Positions 27,318 through 39,967 are shown, numbered from the stretch's first letter. The stretch: DNA of 64,000 bases from Eledone cirrhosa (GCA_964016885.1 OZ024744.1:57164001-57228000); one strand, 5' to 3'. The notes: a model not told the origin generated them from the letters alone. Program-made: numbers and translations.

Positions 27318-29960
27318 GATCATCATTATTGTTTAATGTCCATTTTCCATGCTAGCATGGGGTAGACAAGCTGTCCAGTTGTGAGACAAACCAGGTCGGA
27401 TGACCATGCCTTGCTCATACAGAACTGATTTTAGGTTGATTTCTCCAGCTGGATGCCCTTCCTAACACCAACCTCATTTGCAGTGTGTGCTGGGTACTTT
27501 TTTTGTGACACTTACACAACCACTTTACAGTGTGGACTTGGGTGGGGGAGGTTCATAGGGATTGGGAGGTAGATCTAGGGGTATGGGTGAGGGATGGGGT
27601 GTTAGGACATGAGTGGAGTGTTAGGATGTGGATAGGGTGTTACAACATGGAAAGTGTATGGAAGGGAAGGTGGTGCATACTAGATGTATGTCTCAACACG
27701 TGCACATGGTAAGGCAAGTCTTCTGTATTACTGCGTATCACCGGAGGTCACGGTTCTGTGTCATTCCCTTTGAGAGGTGCAATTGTGCAAGGTCAGCTTT
27801 TATCACCTCATCCAAAGTCTTCCTGAGTCTTCTTACTTCAAGGCTACCATCAACTTTCAGCAATCTGCACCTTTTTATACAGCTGTCATCTTTCATATGC
27901 ATCACATGTCCATACCAATGCAATCTCCTCTCCTGCACATTACATTTGATTCCTCTTATGCCCAGATTCCCTCTCAGTTCATTTCTACTTTGCCATTCAT
28001 GTATATTACTATTACATATCCATCGCAGCATGGATGCTTCATTTCTTTCCAATCTTCATAGGTTCTCTGCACACAGTGCCCAGGTCTCACTACATTGCTG
28101 TTCATATACAAACATCATACAATCTGCCATTTATTTTGAGGGAAAAAGCTTTTGTAGTTAACAACAGTAGTGACTTTCTGAACTTTCTCCAACCCATTCT
28201 CAATCTGGCTATTGTGCTTTCAGAACACCCTTCTCCATTTGCTAATTTGGTCATCCAGGTAACAGAAACTATCTACCACTTCTACAGAGCCTTTTGGGCA
28301 TTTGAAGGAGTTTCTATTCTATGATCTCTTGCTACTTACTGCACCTGGGCATTGGTCACATGTAAAGCCTGAGTTCTTTGCTAGCCTGCCTGAGATCCCA
28401 CTACATCTCTTGTCTATCCATAATTTGCATTTGGAGCATAAGATGGAATTTCTACCTATTCCTTTTAGCAAGGCCATTTTCCTGAAGGAATCTGTGCCCT
28501 GTTTTCCCTTCTACACATTAGAACTTAAAGTTGACTTTAAGACTTTTTGATTCTATGCCATGCTTCCAGGTTATCTAGTTTTGCCATAGATTCAGCTATA
28601 AGGGTTAGGTCATCTGCATACAGAAGTCCCCCATGGGCAGCCTGTCTTAAAATCCTCTGTTATAGCCTGCAAGACAATAATAAATGGAAGGTGTGTGTGT
28701 GTTGGGGGGGGCTAAGAACTAAGCCCTGATGGACACCAACCTGCATGCTAAATTCTTCATTCTAGTCCTTGTTAATTCTGACCTTGCTGATGTTCTTCTA
28801 TACATGGCTTGTACTGCTTTCACATACCACTTGCCTACTCCTAGCTTTCTAAGAGCCCACCAGATATTGGAGTGGAGGACTCGGTCAAAATCCAGATCTC
28901 CAGATCAACAAATACCAAGTAGAGAGGTTTACTTTTAGTGAAGTACTTCTCTTGCAGTTGCCTCACAAGGGAAAGGTCATCTATGATATTTTTACCTGGC
29001 ACAAATCCATACTGTATCTCATCTAGGCTAACTCTATCTTTAATTAGCTGTGCTATAACTCTTTCTGTCACCTTCATGACCTGGTCAACAAACTTAATGC
29101 CTCTATAGTTTTCGCTGTGTAGAGGCATCTCTTTTGCCTTTGTAGCAGTTGACGATGCTGCTGCTACACTAGTCATTGGGTATGACACCATTTTGTATTA
29201 CTTGGTTTACAATACAGGTGATTATGGTGTGACTCACCACTCCAGGTGCTTTCAGCATCCTGATAACTATCGCTGAAGGTCCAGCTACCTTGTCTGTTTT
29301 CATATCCTTGGGTCAACTGGTAGACTATAGTCTTCCCATGCATTTTCCTCATTCAGTAATGTTTCATTATGGCGCTACCTATTTTTCAGTGTCAGTGAGG
29401 GCTAGTACATCATTATCATCTCAGACACACTTCTCCTCATCAGCATCACAATTTCCTCTGACACACTGCATTGCAATCCTAAGCACCTCACCCCTTTGAT
29501 CCTTATGCCATAAAACAGGTTTATATATTTTTTTTCTGCTTCCTTTCTTGCAAAGTATACTTGACACCAAGCTTCTTTCCAAGCATTCTGGTAGACTTCT
29601 CTACTTCCCCTATTCTGCTATTCTTTCCATGCCTGTCTCTTGGCTTTAATTGTCTCATCTACCCTACTATTCCAGCACCAATTCCCACTCATTCTCCCTA
29701 GAGACCTGCTCCAACCACAGATTTCGTTTGTCACCTTCAGTGGGTTATCTTTCAGGAACTCACACTGTTCCTTTATATAGTATGTCTCTATTTGCTCATC
29801 CTTATCATTGAAAGCATCAAGTAACATACCCCTAAATTTATTACTGGTTGCGGGGGGGGGGGGGGGGTCCTTTAACATCTATATTCTTCACCTCCAGGTT
29901 GTCTTCTGTCAGTGAGTTCTTCTAGCCCTAACTATAAGGTTGCTAACTACTAGGTTATTT
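27318..29960 (-). mobile_element. Decayed RTE-clade LINE (RT, C-terminus, 3' UTR)
   Basis: NYRGIKF..QYGFVPG..RQLQEKY..FVDLE; LLYADDL near 28610-28630; ERNEASMLRW..RRLHWYGHV; multiple stops and frameshifts. Confidence 0.9.
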
Positions 29961-30222
29961 TAGGAGGTCCATTAATATATATACATGTATATATAAAATA
30001 TATGTACAGTAAAAAAATATAGATATAAACAACTATAATTTGCATTTACATTAATAAATTAAGATAGCTGAGCATAAGAAGAGTTAGCCAATAGCTAGTA
30101 TTAAATCTCAAGAGGTTACCAAAAATATATTCCTATTGAAATAGATGATTATGAAGGCTATAATTATCCATTATATTTAGATTCAGTTAAGGTAAGTTGA
30201 AATAAATGAAAGATATATAGAT

Positions 30223-30420
30223 TAATAATTGTTTCTATTTTTGGCACAAGGCCAGCAATTATCCCAGTGTATTACTGGTGCTTTATTTTATCGACCCTGT
30301 AAGGATGAAAGGCAAAGCTAATCTCGGCTGGATTTGAACTCAGACCACAAAGGGCCGTAACTCTTTGCTGCAAAGCATGGCGTCAGACCCTCTACCAATA
30401 CTGCCAATCCACCACCCTTA
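30223..30420 (-). mobile_element. SINE family 1 (tRNA-derived head)
   Basis: Near-identical to 48921-49106 and 50802-50986. Confidence 0.85.
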
Positions 30421-30424
30421 ATCT

Positions 30425-30985
30425 GCTCCAAGTGAACCCAACAGAGGAACCAGCTGTACAAGTCAGCAACAATGCAGTAAGTAAGGCAATTAAACATATG
30501 ATATACCTACATTCAGTTTACCTTAAAATTTCAAATATATGCTTTTCCATGTAGGCATGGGTTGGACAGATTGTTACAGACCATAGGGTACTTCACTCTA
30601 TAATCCTGTGGGCTCTTAGTATTGGAGGGGAATAATGAAATTAGAGGTCAATGAATGGCTTATGATGACTGTACAAGCAATGTACAGAAGGGAGGGTAGT
30701 CAGCAAAATGAGAGTTAACAATGAGTATAGTGAAGAATTCAGGGTGAAGCTGGGTATCCACCAGGGTCCTGTTTTTAGGCTCCTTCTGTTTATTATAGTC
30801 CTCCAGGCCATAAAAAAAGGAGTTTAAGATTGGCTGTCCTTGGGAACTCCTGTATGCAGACAACCTAGTCCTCAGTTCTGCTGTGGAACTAGAGAAGAAA
30901 TTCCAGACTTGGAATCAAAATTTCTCAAATTTGACTTTGCAAAGTCCTAGTAAGTAGGGAAAATGGCAAGACCCTAATTCCATGA
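30425..30985 (+). mobile_element. RTE LINE RT fragments
   Basis: GIHQG..LGSFCLL..LQAI..FKIGCPWELLYADNLVL homology to 53052-53678. Confidence 0.75.
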
Positions 30986-31510
30986 GCACATCAATCTTTA
31001 TATTAACTTTATTTTCTCAGCACTGGGTGAGAGTCCAAGAGATTGGCTATATCTAAACTATAATAAAGGAAGGTCTGCAGGACTGTGTACATGTAGTTTT
31101 TCTAAGTATACATAATGCTATTTGTTTACATACAGATGTCTGTTGACATCTGAAAGCTGTGATTCAGCTATCTATCTAATCTAAGATTGTAAGAGCTATC
31201 ACAGTCTCTTTGCTTAATAGTTAAAAGTACCTAGTTCAAATCCTGATAGCAACTGATGGCAACTGTTTTCTGTCTTTAAAGGGGTCTTCACCCTATTTTA
31301 TAAGCTATTTTATAGCATATCTGTGCATGAGAACATCATTCTTTATATTAACTTTATCTTCTCAGCGTTTTGTAAAAGACCGAGAGATCAGCTACATATA
31401 CACAATGTTTCTTTGTATGTCCACAATAGAAAGTGGTCATTTTGGTGCCATCACAAATAGTACCCAGTCCATGCTGTAAATGGTGTTAGGAATGGCACGC
31501 TTTGCCTGGG

Positions 31511-31762
<252 letters not shown>

Positions 31763-31805
31763 CCCAGGCAAAGCGTGGACACAAGGAACTTAGCTGAGAA
31801 CAGAT

Positions 31806-31889
31806 CTCCCTGATGACGAAAGGATATTTCTCCATGTTGTTCCAATCGGAAACCATGTTTATTCCCTTTCAGAAACTAATTAGTTGGAG
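31806..31889 (+). ncRNA. Type I hammerhead ribozyme (copy 1)
   Basis: Stem I cucc/ggag; CUGAUGA; long stem II based on gaaagg/ccuuuc; GAAA; palindromic stem III ACUAAUUAGU; GUU site at 31883-31885. Confidence 0.8.
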
Positions 31890-32342
31890 TGAAATTTTAG
31901 TAAGTAAGTAAATTTTTATAATTTTCTTATTTTACGTCTTTCATATAATTGTTCTGCATCCCCTTGCATTGAACCACAAAGTTACTAAGACAAAACCTAT
32001 ATATTTGCTAGCATAGGTATACATCTGTATATATATATGTCGGTAGATATACTAATTCTTTATAATTACCTCCAAATTATTTTGTTGAGCAAAAATTTGC
32101 CAAAACTACTGCTATGCTTCATAGTAATAGCCAGGCTACTGTCTTATTAGCACCCTCACTCCTCACTGATTGACCTCGATGTCACGTGATTGATTCTTTT
32201 GAATTCGCCACCGACTAAGTAGGCAGTGATTTTTTCAATGTCCTGGAATCTAGTCCTCGCTTGCTTTTTTCCATCCACTGAATTATTTTTGTATGGGTTT
32301 CCTGTGTCCACGCTTTGCCTGGGAACTTAGCTGAGAACAGAT

Positions 32343-32426
32343 CTCCCTGATGACGAAAGGATATTTCTCCATGTAGTTCCAATCGGAAACCATGTTTATT
32401 CCCTTTCAGAAACTAATTAGTTGGAG
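32343..32426 (+). ncRNA. Type I hammerhead ribozyme (copy 2)
   Basis: Same fold as copy 1; GUU site at 32420-32422. Confidence 0.8.
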
Positions 32427-32475
32427 TAAAATTTTAGTAAGTAAGTAAATTTTTATAATTTTCTTATTTTACGTC

Positions 32476-32513
<38 letters not shown>

Positions 32514-32516
<3 letters not shown>

Positions 32517-33405
32517 GAAAAATTGAACAGGGACAGAACAGAGAGGCAGTACGATAAATGTTTATTAAATTCACGCTCAGGAGAGTGGGGGGTAGGTGGG
32601 GGACGACGTTTCGGGCATAAGCCCTTCTTCAGGTGAGAAGTGTGTGGGAACAGAGTTCAAAAGGTGTGTAGGGGAGTGGTGGAGAGACATATAGCGAAAG
32701 GAAACGGTGCGAATGAAAAATTAACAAATAAAGACAAAAATATAATAAATAATAAATAAAAATAAAGCATGATCAAAATACAAGGAATGAGAAAATTTAA
32801 AAATAAAGGCATGATCAAAATAAACTGAAATTAAAAGGGGGGTAAACAGGTGGTGGAAGAGTGTGGGGTGAGTAGGGGTGGTGGCGGGTGGAGTGGGGAG
32901 AGGGAGACGGGGTGTCCGAGCGGGGAGGGCTGAAGGTGGTGTGTGTGGTTAGGTGTGCGTGTGTGTGTGTGTGTATGTGAAAGTGAGGGTTGGGGGAAGA
33001 ACGGGGTTGCATGTTCAGGAAGGTGTGTGTGGGGGTGTTTTTGTTGGTCGGAGGGTCTGTGCGTGTGTGGATAGGGGGTGGGGGGGAGAGGAATCAGGAG
33101 GCTGAGGGTGTAAATATGTGGTGGGAAGCACGTGTGTGTGGTTTAAGCGTGTTGTGGGTGTGGGTGGCGTGTGGATAAAAAATTTTTTGGGGTGTGTGTG
33201 TGGGTGAGTTATATAGGTGATGGTGTAAGAGGATGGTTGAAAAGTTGGTAAGTTACACGGATGTTTGGAGTTTTTGGTTAGAAGTCAATAACGCGTGTGG
33301 GTAATCCAAGAAGCGGTTGTCGGAAGAGGAGAGATGTGGGGTGCGCGCGCATTTTAGAAGTGTGTGGGAACAGAGTTCAAAAGGTGTGTAGGGGAGTGGT
33401 GGAGA

Positions 33406-33410
<5 letters not shown>
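32514..33410 (-). mobile_element. Penelope-like non-coding fragment between (TA)n tracts, with a hammerhead core at 32602-32633
   Basis: CUGAAGA-a-gggc uuau gccc-GAAACGUCGUC (stem I not found); ~55-bp direct repeat at ~32637-32692 and ~33357-33412. Confidence 0.6.
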
Positions 33411-33452
<42 letters not shown>

Positions 33453-33549
33453 ATATATATGTATATATACTATAAAGTATGTCCATAGAATCATTTGATA
33501 ATATGTATACATCATTATATATATATATGTATATGTATATGTATATATA

Positions 33550-33763
<214 letters not shown>

Positions 33764-33966
33764 TATGTATACGTACATACATATATGTATACAGACGTAC
33801 AGTAGTATGTATATACATACATGCACATATATATATATATATGTACGTATAGGTTTACCGAACATTTATTATAATGTTCGGTTTGTTTGTAAACAAACAT
33901 CCCGAATTATTAGCCGTACAGTGTTTGGCAACCATCGTTGCCCTTTTGTTCAACTCTGACAAAGGA

Positions 33967-34009
33967 ACGATGAACTAGTTTCTAGCTTATTAGCTGTCAT
34001 CAGCACCGT
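33967..34009 (-). ncRNA. Minimal type I hammerhead ribozyme
   Basis: acggug-CUGAUGA-c agcu aaua agcu a-GAAA-CUAG-UU-caucgu: 6-bp stem I, palindromic stem III. Confidence 0.8.
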
Positions 34010-34481
34010 ATATACATCCTGTCAGTCGCTTGAACGTTTGGAAGAATATACTTTCCTTATGCATATTAACGACTTATCATATAAACCGAACATTATATAT
34101 ATATATATGTATATATGTATATATATCTATGTTCTACCGAACATTATATATATATATATATGTATATATGTATATATATCTATCTATGTATGTTTTCAAT
34201 TTGTTTGTTTTAGTCATTATTTCTTTCATTTCCAATGGATCTGCTATTCAACTGAGACTGTTTCATTTGAAGAAAACCAAAATCTTGATTCTTGGAAAGT
34301 CTGCTTGGCTTCTTTGTTCTAACCATGTCCATACTTGTTACTATTGATTTTCTTGGCAATAATTCCTTACCGGGGGAATCAATATCTTGTCATCGACAAC
34401 AACAACAATATTGATTTTATCGATATTTCTAGTGTTCATTTTAAATGCTTTTAAATTGTTCTTTTTCATCACTGTTACACG

Positions 34482-34821
34482 TTCTTCTTCTTCTTCTTCT
34501 TCTTCTTCTTCTTCTTCTTCTTCTTCTTCTTCTTCTTCTTCTTCTTCTTCTTCTTCTTCTTCTTCTTCTTNNNNNNNNNNNNNNNNNNNNNNNNNNNNNN
34601 NNNNNNNNNNNNNNNNNNNNNNNNNNNNNNNNNNNNNNNNNNNNNNNNNNNNNNNNNNNNNNNNNNNNNNNNNNNNNNNNNNNNNNNNNNNNNNNNNNNN
34701 NNNNNNNNNNNNNNNNNNNNNNNNNNNNNNNNNNNNNNNNNNNNNNNNNNNNNNNNNNNNNNNNNNNNNNTTCTTCTTCTTCTTCTTCTTCTTCTTCTTC
34801 TTCTTCTTCTTCTTCTTCTTC
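34482..34821. repeat. (TTC)n tract spanning a 200-N assembly gap (34571-34770)
   Basis: Read directly. Confidence 0.97.
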
Positions 34822-35607
34822 TCACCACAAAAACAATGAAATCCACGTTCATTAAATTTGTGGCACTACAGATTTAGATCTTTTATAAAACATGTAGTAC
34901 TGAACATGTGGTGCCTAACATGAGATAGTGAATTTGGATTTCTGAACATGGGATACTGAACATGGTATAATGAACATGTGGTAGTGAACATTTGATAGTG
35001 AGCATGTGTTGAATTAGAATAGCTGTAGTTTTTTTTTGAAAAAATTGTGGTTTAACTCTTCCATCCTGTAATGATTTAGCAGAAAATATGTAAAAAATAG
35101 GTTAGCTAATTCAGATTTTTTTAGTGTCTTTACTAGTGAACAGATTGTTGTGAAAAATTGCAGCAAAATAAAGTAAAGACTTTAATTTTTAATGTGATAC
35201 ACTTATATTGCTGTTTTGTACATTTCAAGAATGACTTGCTAATGTGGTTTCATCTGGTACACGATGTTAAGTGTTAATTGGAATATTATCTTGCTAATGT
35301 GTTTTAATGCAGGACAGGACCTTAAAAGTTAAAGAAAAGATCCTATAACTAAGAGTTATTTGGGGATTTGTATACTGCTGAAAAAATAACACAACAGCAT
35401 CATCGAGTGATTAAACAAGAATTCTAAGGAGCCATATCATTCACTGCTGAAAGTAGGAATTGAAGAATCCTTTAAATGAATGAAAATCCAGCCATGTATG
35501 GCTGGTGTATTGATGGTAAGCACATTAAGAGTTCTGATGTCTACTGTTGTAAAGGTAATTGATTGGAAATAAGTTGTAAATTGTTGGGAATTAAGGTGCA
35601 TTGATGT

Positions 35608-35930
35608 GAAGGCATGTGGCTTTGCGGTTAGGGTATCCGGCTCACAATCGTAAGGTCATGATTTCAGTTCCCAGCAGCATGTTGTGTCCTTGAGCAAGAC
35701 ACTTTATTTCACTTTCCTCCAGCCTGTTCAACTGGCAAAAATGAGTTGTACCAGTAATTCGAAGGGTCAGCCTTGTCACATTCTGTGCCACATTGAATCT
35801 CCTTGAGAACTACGTTAAGGGTACACGTGTCTGTGGAATGCTCAGCCACTTACACGCTAATTTCACGAGCAGGCTGTTCTATTGATCGGATCAATTGGAA
35901 CACTCGTCGTCGTATCCGATGGAGTGCCAG
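35608..35930 (+). mobile_element. SINE family 2 (tRNA head, full length)
   Basis: catgtggc..ggttaggg..gtgtccttgagcaagacacttt..; 3' body matches 50380-50690 and 63840-64000. Confidence 0.85.
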
Positions 35931-36014
35931 GGTCCATTGCCTTATGCCAAATGGTAGAGAAACCATATTTTAACTGCCAGAGAAGAAAATGTTAGGGAAA
36001 ACTGTACTTTAAAC

Positions 36015-36323
36015 CAGGGGTTCTCAACCTTTTTTTCGCTGTGGACCACCAAAATAAGTAATTTTTTCCTGTGGACCACCTAAACTTTAAAATCTTTTGT
36101 AATAGAACTGCTAGAGACATTCTAACCACATGCCCATAGTATCAGAGCTGTGATCTCTAAATTTTCAAATATAATGGACATGTGTGTAATTAAACAAAAT
36201 ATTATATTAGTTACATTTTTGTGAAATGGCTACAATTTTTTTATGGCTACGAATTCTCTGTGGACCACTAGAAATGCTATGTGGACCACCGGTGGTCCAC
36301 CTGGACCACGTTGAGAATCACTG
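36015..36323. mobile_element. hAT (Charlie/Buster-like) MITE
   Basis: TIRs caggggttctcaac / gttgagaatcactg; 8-bp TSD ctttaaac at 36007-36014 and 36324-36331. Confidence 0.92.
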
Positions 36324-36974
36324 CTTTAAACTGTTTGATGGAGGAAAGATTCAGGGGAGCTGACAATGTTTGTAGTTATGTACTTAAAATAATAAAGATG
36401 CTGACCATCAGGTCAGACCAAGTAAGCTATGTTTCCATTGGTGTTTCCATTGCTGATACTTTCTACTCACATATCTAGGTAGGAAGAGGCAGAATTTGTA
36501 CTCAGAATACACGGACTGAATTTTATAGCACAAAGTATCTTGTCTGATTCTTTAACAATTCAGACAATCCACCATACCTGGACTGGTACTTTATCTATTG
36601 ACTCTGAAAGAAAGGAAGACAAAATTGACAGAGTATGGTAAACTGGAACAAATACTGAAGCAGTTACTCTAATGCCCTAATAACCCTGCCAAATTGCTGC
36701 CCTCAATGATCAATGAAATATAACAGGTTGAGAAGTGGTAGTGAAACAGATGGAGATGAGAAAACTGTATTGGTTGGTTCTAAGACTGGTGCTCTGCAAA
36801 ATTTCAAAAGACTGTTTGAAAGTTCTTAGTCTTAGTTGTATTGTCCCATAACTCCTGATAAAATTGTAGGGAGGCCGTATTGACATACAACATTTCTTGG
36901 GCATTTTAAGCCTGGCGGAGCCCATCCCTCTCTAGGCCTCAGTACAGCAGATTTCTTCCAGAGAGAGGAAGGAT

Positions 36975-37130
36975 CAACCCTATTACTAGACTGGTACTAT
37001 TTATCTACCTCGAAAGTATGAAAAGCAAAGTTGACCTTGGCAGGATTTGGACTCAGAGAGCAGAGAGCCGGAACGAGTACCATAAAGCATTCTATCTAAC
37101 GTTCTAATGACACTGCCTATTTGCCACCTA
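36975..37130 (-). mobile_element. SINE family 1, degenerate
   Basis: ctggtact..gcaaagttgaccttggcaggatttggactcaga. Confidence 0.65.
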
Positions 37131-38001
37131 TAAGTCTTAGTTACTAATTAAAAAAGTCTATCCCAAATCTAGTGGCTCACCAGTTTCAATGTTAAGTCTG
37201 TCTGAAAGTTAACCCCCCCCTCCCAATCACCGACTGCTACTGGTGCAGCTGAGAGGACTGAAGGACCTAAGCAATGTAAAATGGAGTGTATTGCTCAAGG
37301 ACACAACATGTTTTCAAGTCTGGTAATTGAACCATCAGTCATATGACTGTGAGCCTAATACTCTAACCACATACAGATCAAATACAGAACCCCAATACAA
37401 AGCTGGTAGGAGACAAATGTTTCTGCAACACGAGCCTCTGCTAAAACAAAAAGACATAGAAGAGAAATAATATGAAAGAGAAGGGGAAGAGATTTTAAAG
37501 AACAACAGTATGGGATTCAGTCTTTTTTTAAATAGTGTTTCTTTTCAGGGATTCTGAGACTGTTGAGAAGGAGAGAGGGAGAGAAGAAGAGAGGAATATA
37601 TTCTCAAACCAGAGACCTGGTCTGAATTTTTGCAACAGAATGGACTCTGCTAAAAGACAGTCTGTGGCCAGCTGCTGGTGCTAAACTGGGTGACAGATTA
37701 AGTCTACCATCTAAAATTAATTCTACAAGACAAGGAAAGAAATGACTTTAGAGAAAAGATGGGGGCTGGCTGTTAATTAAAAGAAGTGAAAGCATGTGGC
37801 CTAGTGGTTAAGATCTTGGATTCACAATCATAAGACCATGGGTTCAATTCCTGGACGGAGCTTCATTTGATGTTATTTTTCATGAGAGGACTGGGGCCCT
37901 TATCTTTAAGACACTTGAGAAACCTCCTATGAGATCCATCTTCATAAGGGGCCTATATAAGCTTGAATTGCAAATTTCATTTTCCATTTCAATTTGTAGA
38001 A

Positions 38002-38077
38002 TGCAAGGATGTTGCAGAGAAGTACAATTAATTGAGGTCCTCCTCAACTAATTCTACTTCTCTGCAACATCCTTGTA
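38002..38077. repeat. Near-perfect ~35-bp-arm hairpin
   Basis: tgcaaggatgttgcagagaagta.. / ..tacttctctgcaacatccttgta. Confidence 0.85.
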
Positions 38078-38361
38078 TTGTAAGGAATGCTACTCTTGGT
38101 CTAATGGACAAATAATCTAAGTTAGGATATATATAAATATATATATAAATATGGAGACACAAAGCAGGCTTTGTCTACAAACAACTAGTGAAATATCCTA
38201 CACATATTATATATATATGATATATGTATATATATGTATATATATGTATAAGCAACCAATCACATTCTTTCTGACTTGACCATTGCCACGTCACGATTCT
38301 TAGCCATTTTGAATTTATTTCTGGCGGGGATCAATTTAGAAAATTACTTGTCCTATGAGTT

Positions 38362-38438
38362 TGTTTCCTGACGAGTTCGAAGCTCGAGATCCTTAATAGG
38401 ATATCTCAAAATGCGAACTAAACCCGAGGGTAGAGACA
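38362..38438 (+). ncRNA. Type I hammerhead ribozyme with a G12U core change
   Basis: uguuuc-CUGACGA-guucg..cgaac-UAAA-ccc ga ggg-UA-gagaca; lies in a TA-flanked element at ~38240-38735. Confidence 0.7.
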
Positions 38439-39155
38439 TAATCCCGGTAAGTGTGTACGCATTTCTTCTAACTTTATTTTACACCCAATTGTGTATGGTT
38501 GACGGCATATTTAGTCGATTTCCACGTGCTGTTGAAATGTTGGATAAATATTCTATGGCGGTCGACGTCGAAGAGATTGCTGTCGTTTATTTATCTAATA
38601 TTTCTTGATAGGTGCCTTTTAATCTTATAGCCTGGTCTAATTGATTTTTTATGTGGTTGATTATGCTAATTGGGAGAGGAAATGGTGTATATATATTATC
38701 AAATGATTCTTTGGACATACTTTATGGTATATTATATATATATATATGTCAAGTCGAGCCCCACGTGGGTATCGGTAACGGTCATTCCTTCGCCTGGCAC
38801 TTGAACTAAAACCTGTTGAGAAAGTGACTTCCTTGTTCAATCATCTTACCAGAAGCCTAACATTATTTGTCTAAGCGGACAGTACTTGTTTTAGGAGTCG
38901 CAGAAACCCAAATGCTGGATTTTACCAACCTTCCAGGGGTCCGGGTAAATTTTTCAATCACATATTTTTTTATTTGTTTGACCCGAATTACTTGGTCGTT
39001 TCTATGGTTGTGCGGATGACGGTTTAACCATCGTCTCAGTGTATTTGGCCTTTAACGTGTGTTGTAGCTCTGGTTCGTCAGAATTATTGAGCGCTTGCCA
39101 CACATCTCGGAAGTTGTTTTTCGCTAATTCCAAAGCCGAAATACGATTCTCGCTA

Positions 39156-39186
<31 letters not shown>

Positions 39187-39346
39187 AGTATTGAAGTTTC
39201 TGTTGAAAATTGAAAAAGTAATAGGAGTGAAGAGTGCTCTATGTAAGTTACAGAGCTAAATTTAATATACAATAAACAATACAATATAATTACCTCATTA
39301 CCAGAGGTTTCCCGAATAAGACGAATACAAGAAACGTCCGCATTCG

Positions 39347-39418
39347 TGCCTTGTCTGACGAACGAATGCGGACGTTTTTTGTATTCGACTTATTCGGGAA
39401 ACCTCTGGTAATGAGGTA
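39347..39418 (+). ncRNA. Type I hammerhead ribozyme within a fold-back palindrome (39261-39448)
   Basis: ugccuugu-CUGACGA-a cgaau..auucg g-GAAA-cc ucu gg-UA-augaggua (8-bp stem I including G-U pairs). Confidence 0.8.
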
Positions 39419-39655
39419 ATTATATTGCATTGTTTATTATACATTAAATATATATATATATATATAATGAGGTAAATATCACTCTGAGTACTAAGTACCC
39501 ATAGAAATATATAGGGTGTCTATAATATAATTGTTGTTCACTGGTACTAATTAGAGATACCAGAACTATAAAAATTGAGATGAGCAGAACAAACAAACAT
39601 TAAACAATCCTTTAAATAAATTAAAAAATGATTTACATATCTACCTGTTCGTAAT

Positions 39656-39735
39656 GCTATTACCGGCAGTTTCGTTTTACAAAAGATTAGAGATTCAGAG
39701 AATTTCTAACGGAAAAGTAAAGTTCATCAGATAGC
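39656..39735 (-). ncRNA. Type I hammerhead ribozyme
   Basis: gcuau-CUGAUGA-ac uuuac..guaaa ac-GAAA-cu gcc gg-UA-auagc. Confidence 0.75.
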
Positions 39736-39967
39736 TATTTCCATCCTATAGGACCAAGTCCCACAGCCTGCAAATATAATGCCAACTACCAGCTCGTATG
39801 AATTATGGCCGTTAAAGTGACCCACACGTGAACTGGCCGCTGGTGTTCACGTGTGGGTCATAGCATTATGAACAGGTAGATATTTAAACACTTCTTATTA
39901 TCATGTTCAGTATTTCAACAAGTTTTCTGAAAACGATTTTGATTGTGTGTATGTGTGTGTGTTACAC

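Noticed and set aside
34387-34855. ORFs across the (TTC)n region
   Set aside because: They span the N gap and homopolymeric translations; the true distance and join across the gap are unknown
37549-37685. Possible exon after ttcttttcag
   Set aside because: Partly GA low-complexity, reaches a stop, no clear donor or homology
38985-39090. Minus-strand CUGACGA...GAAAC...GUA as another hammerhead
   Set aside because: Stem I and stem II do not pair convincingly
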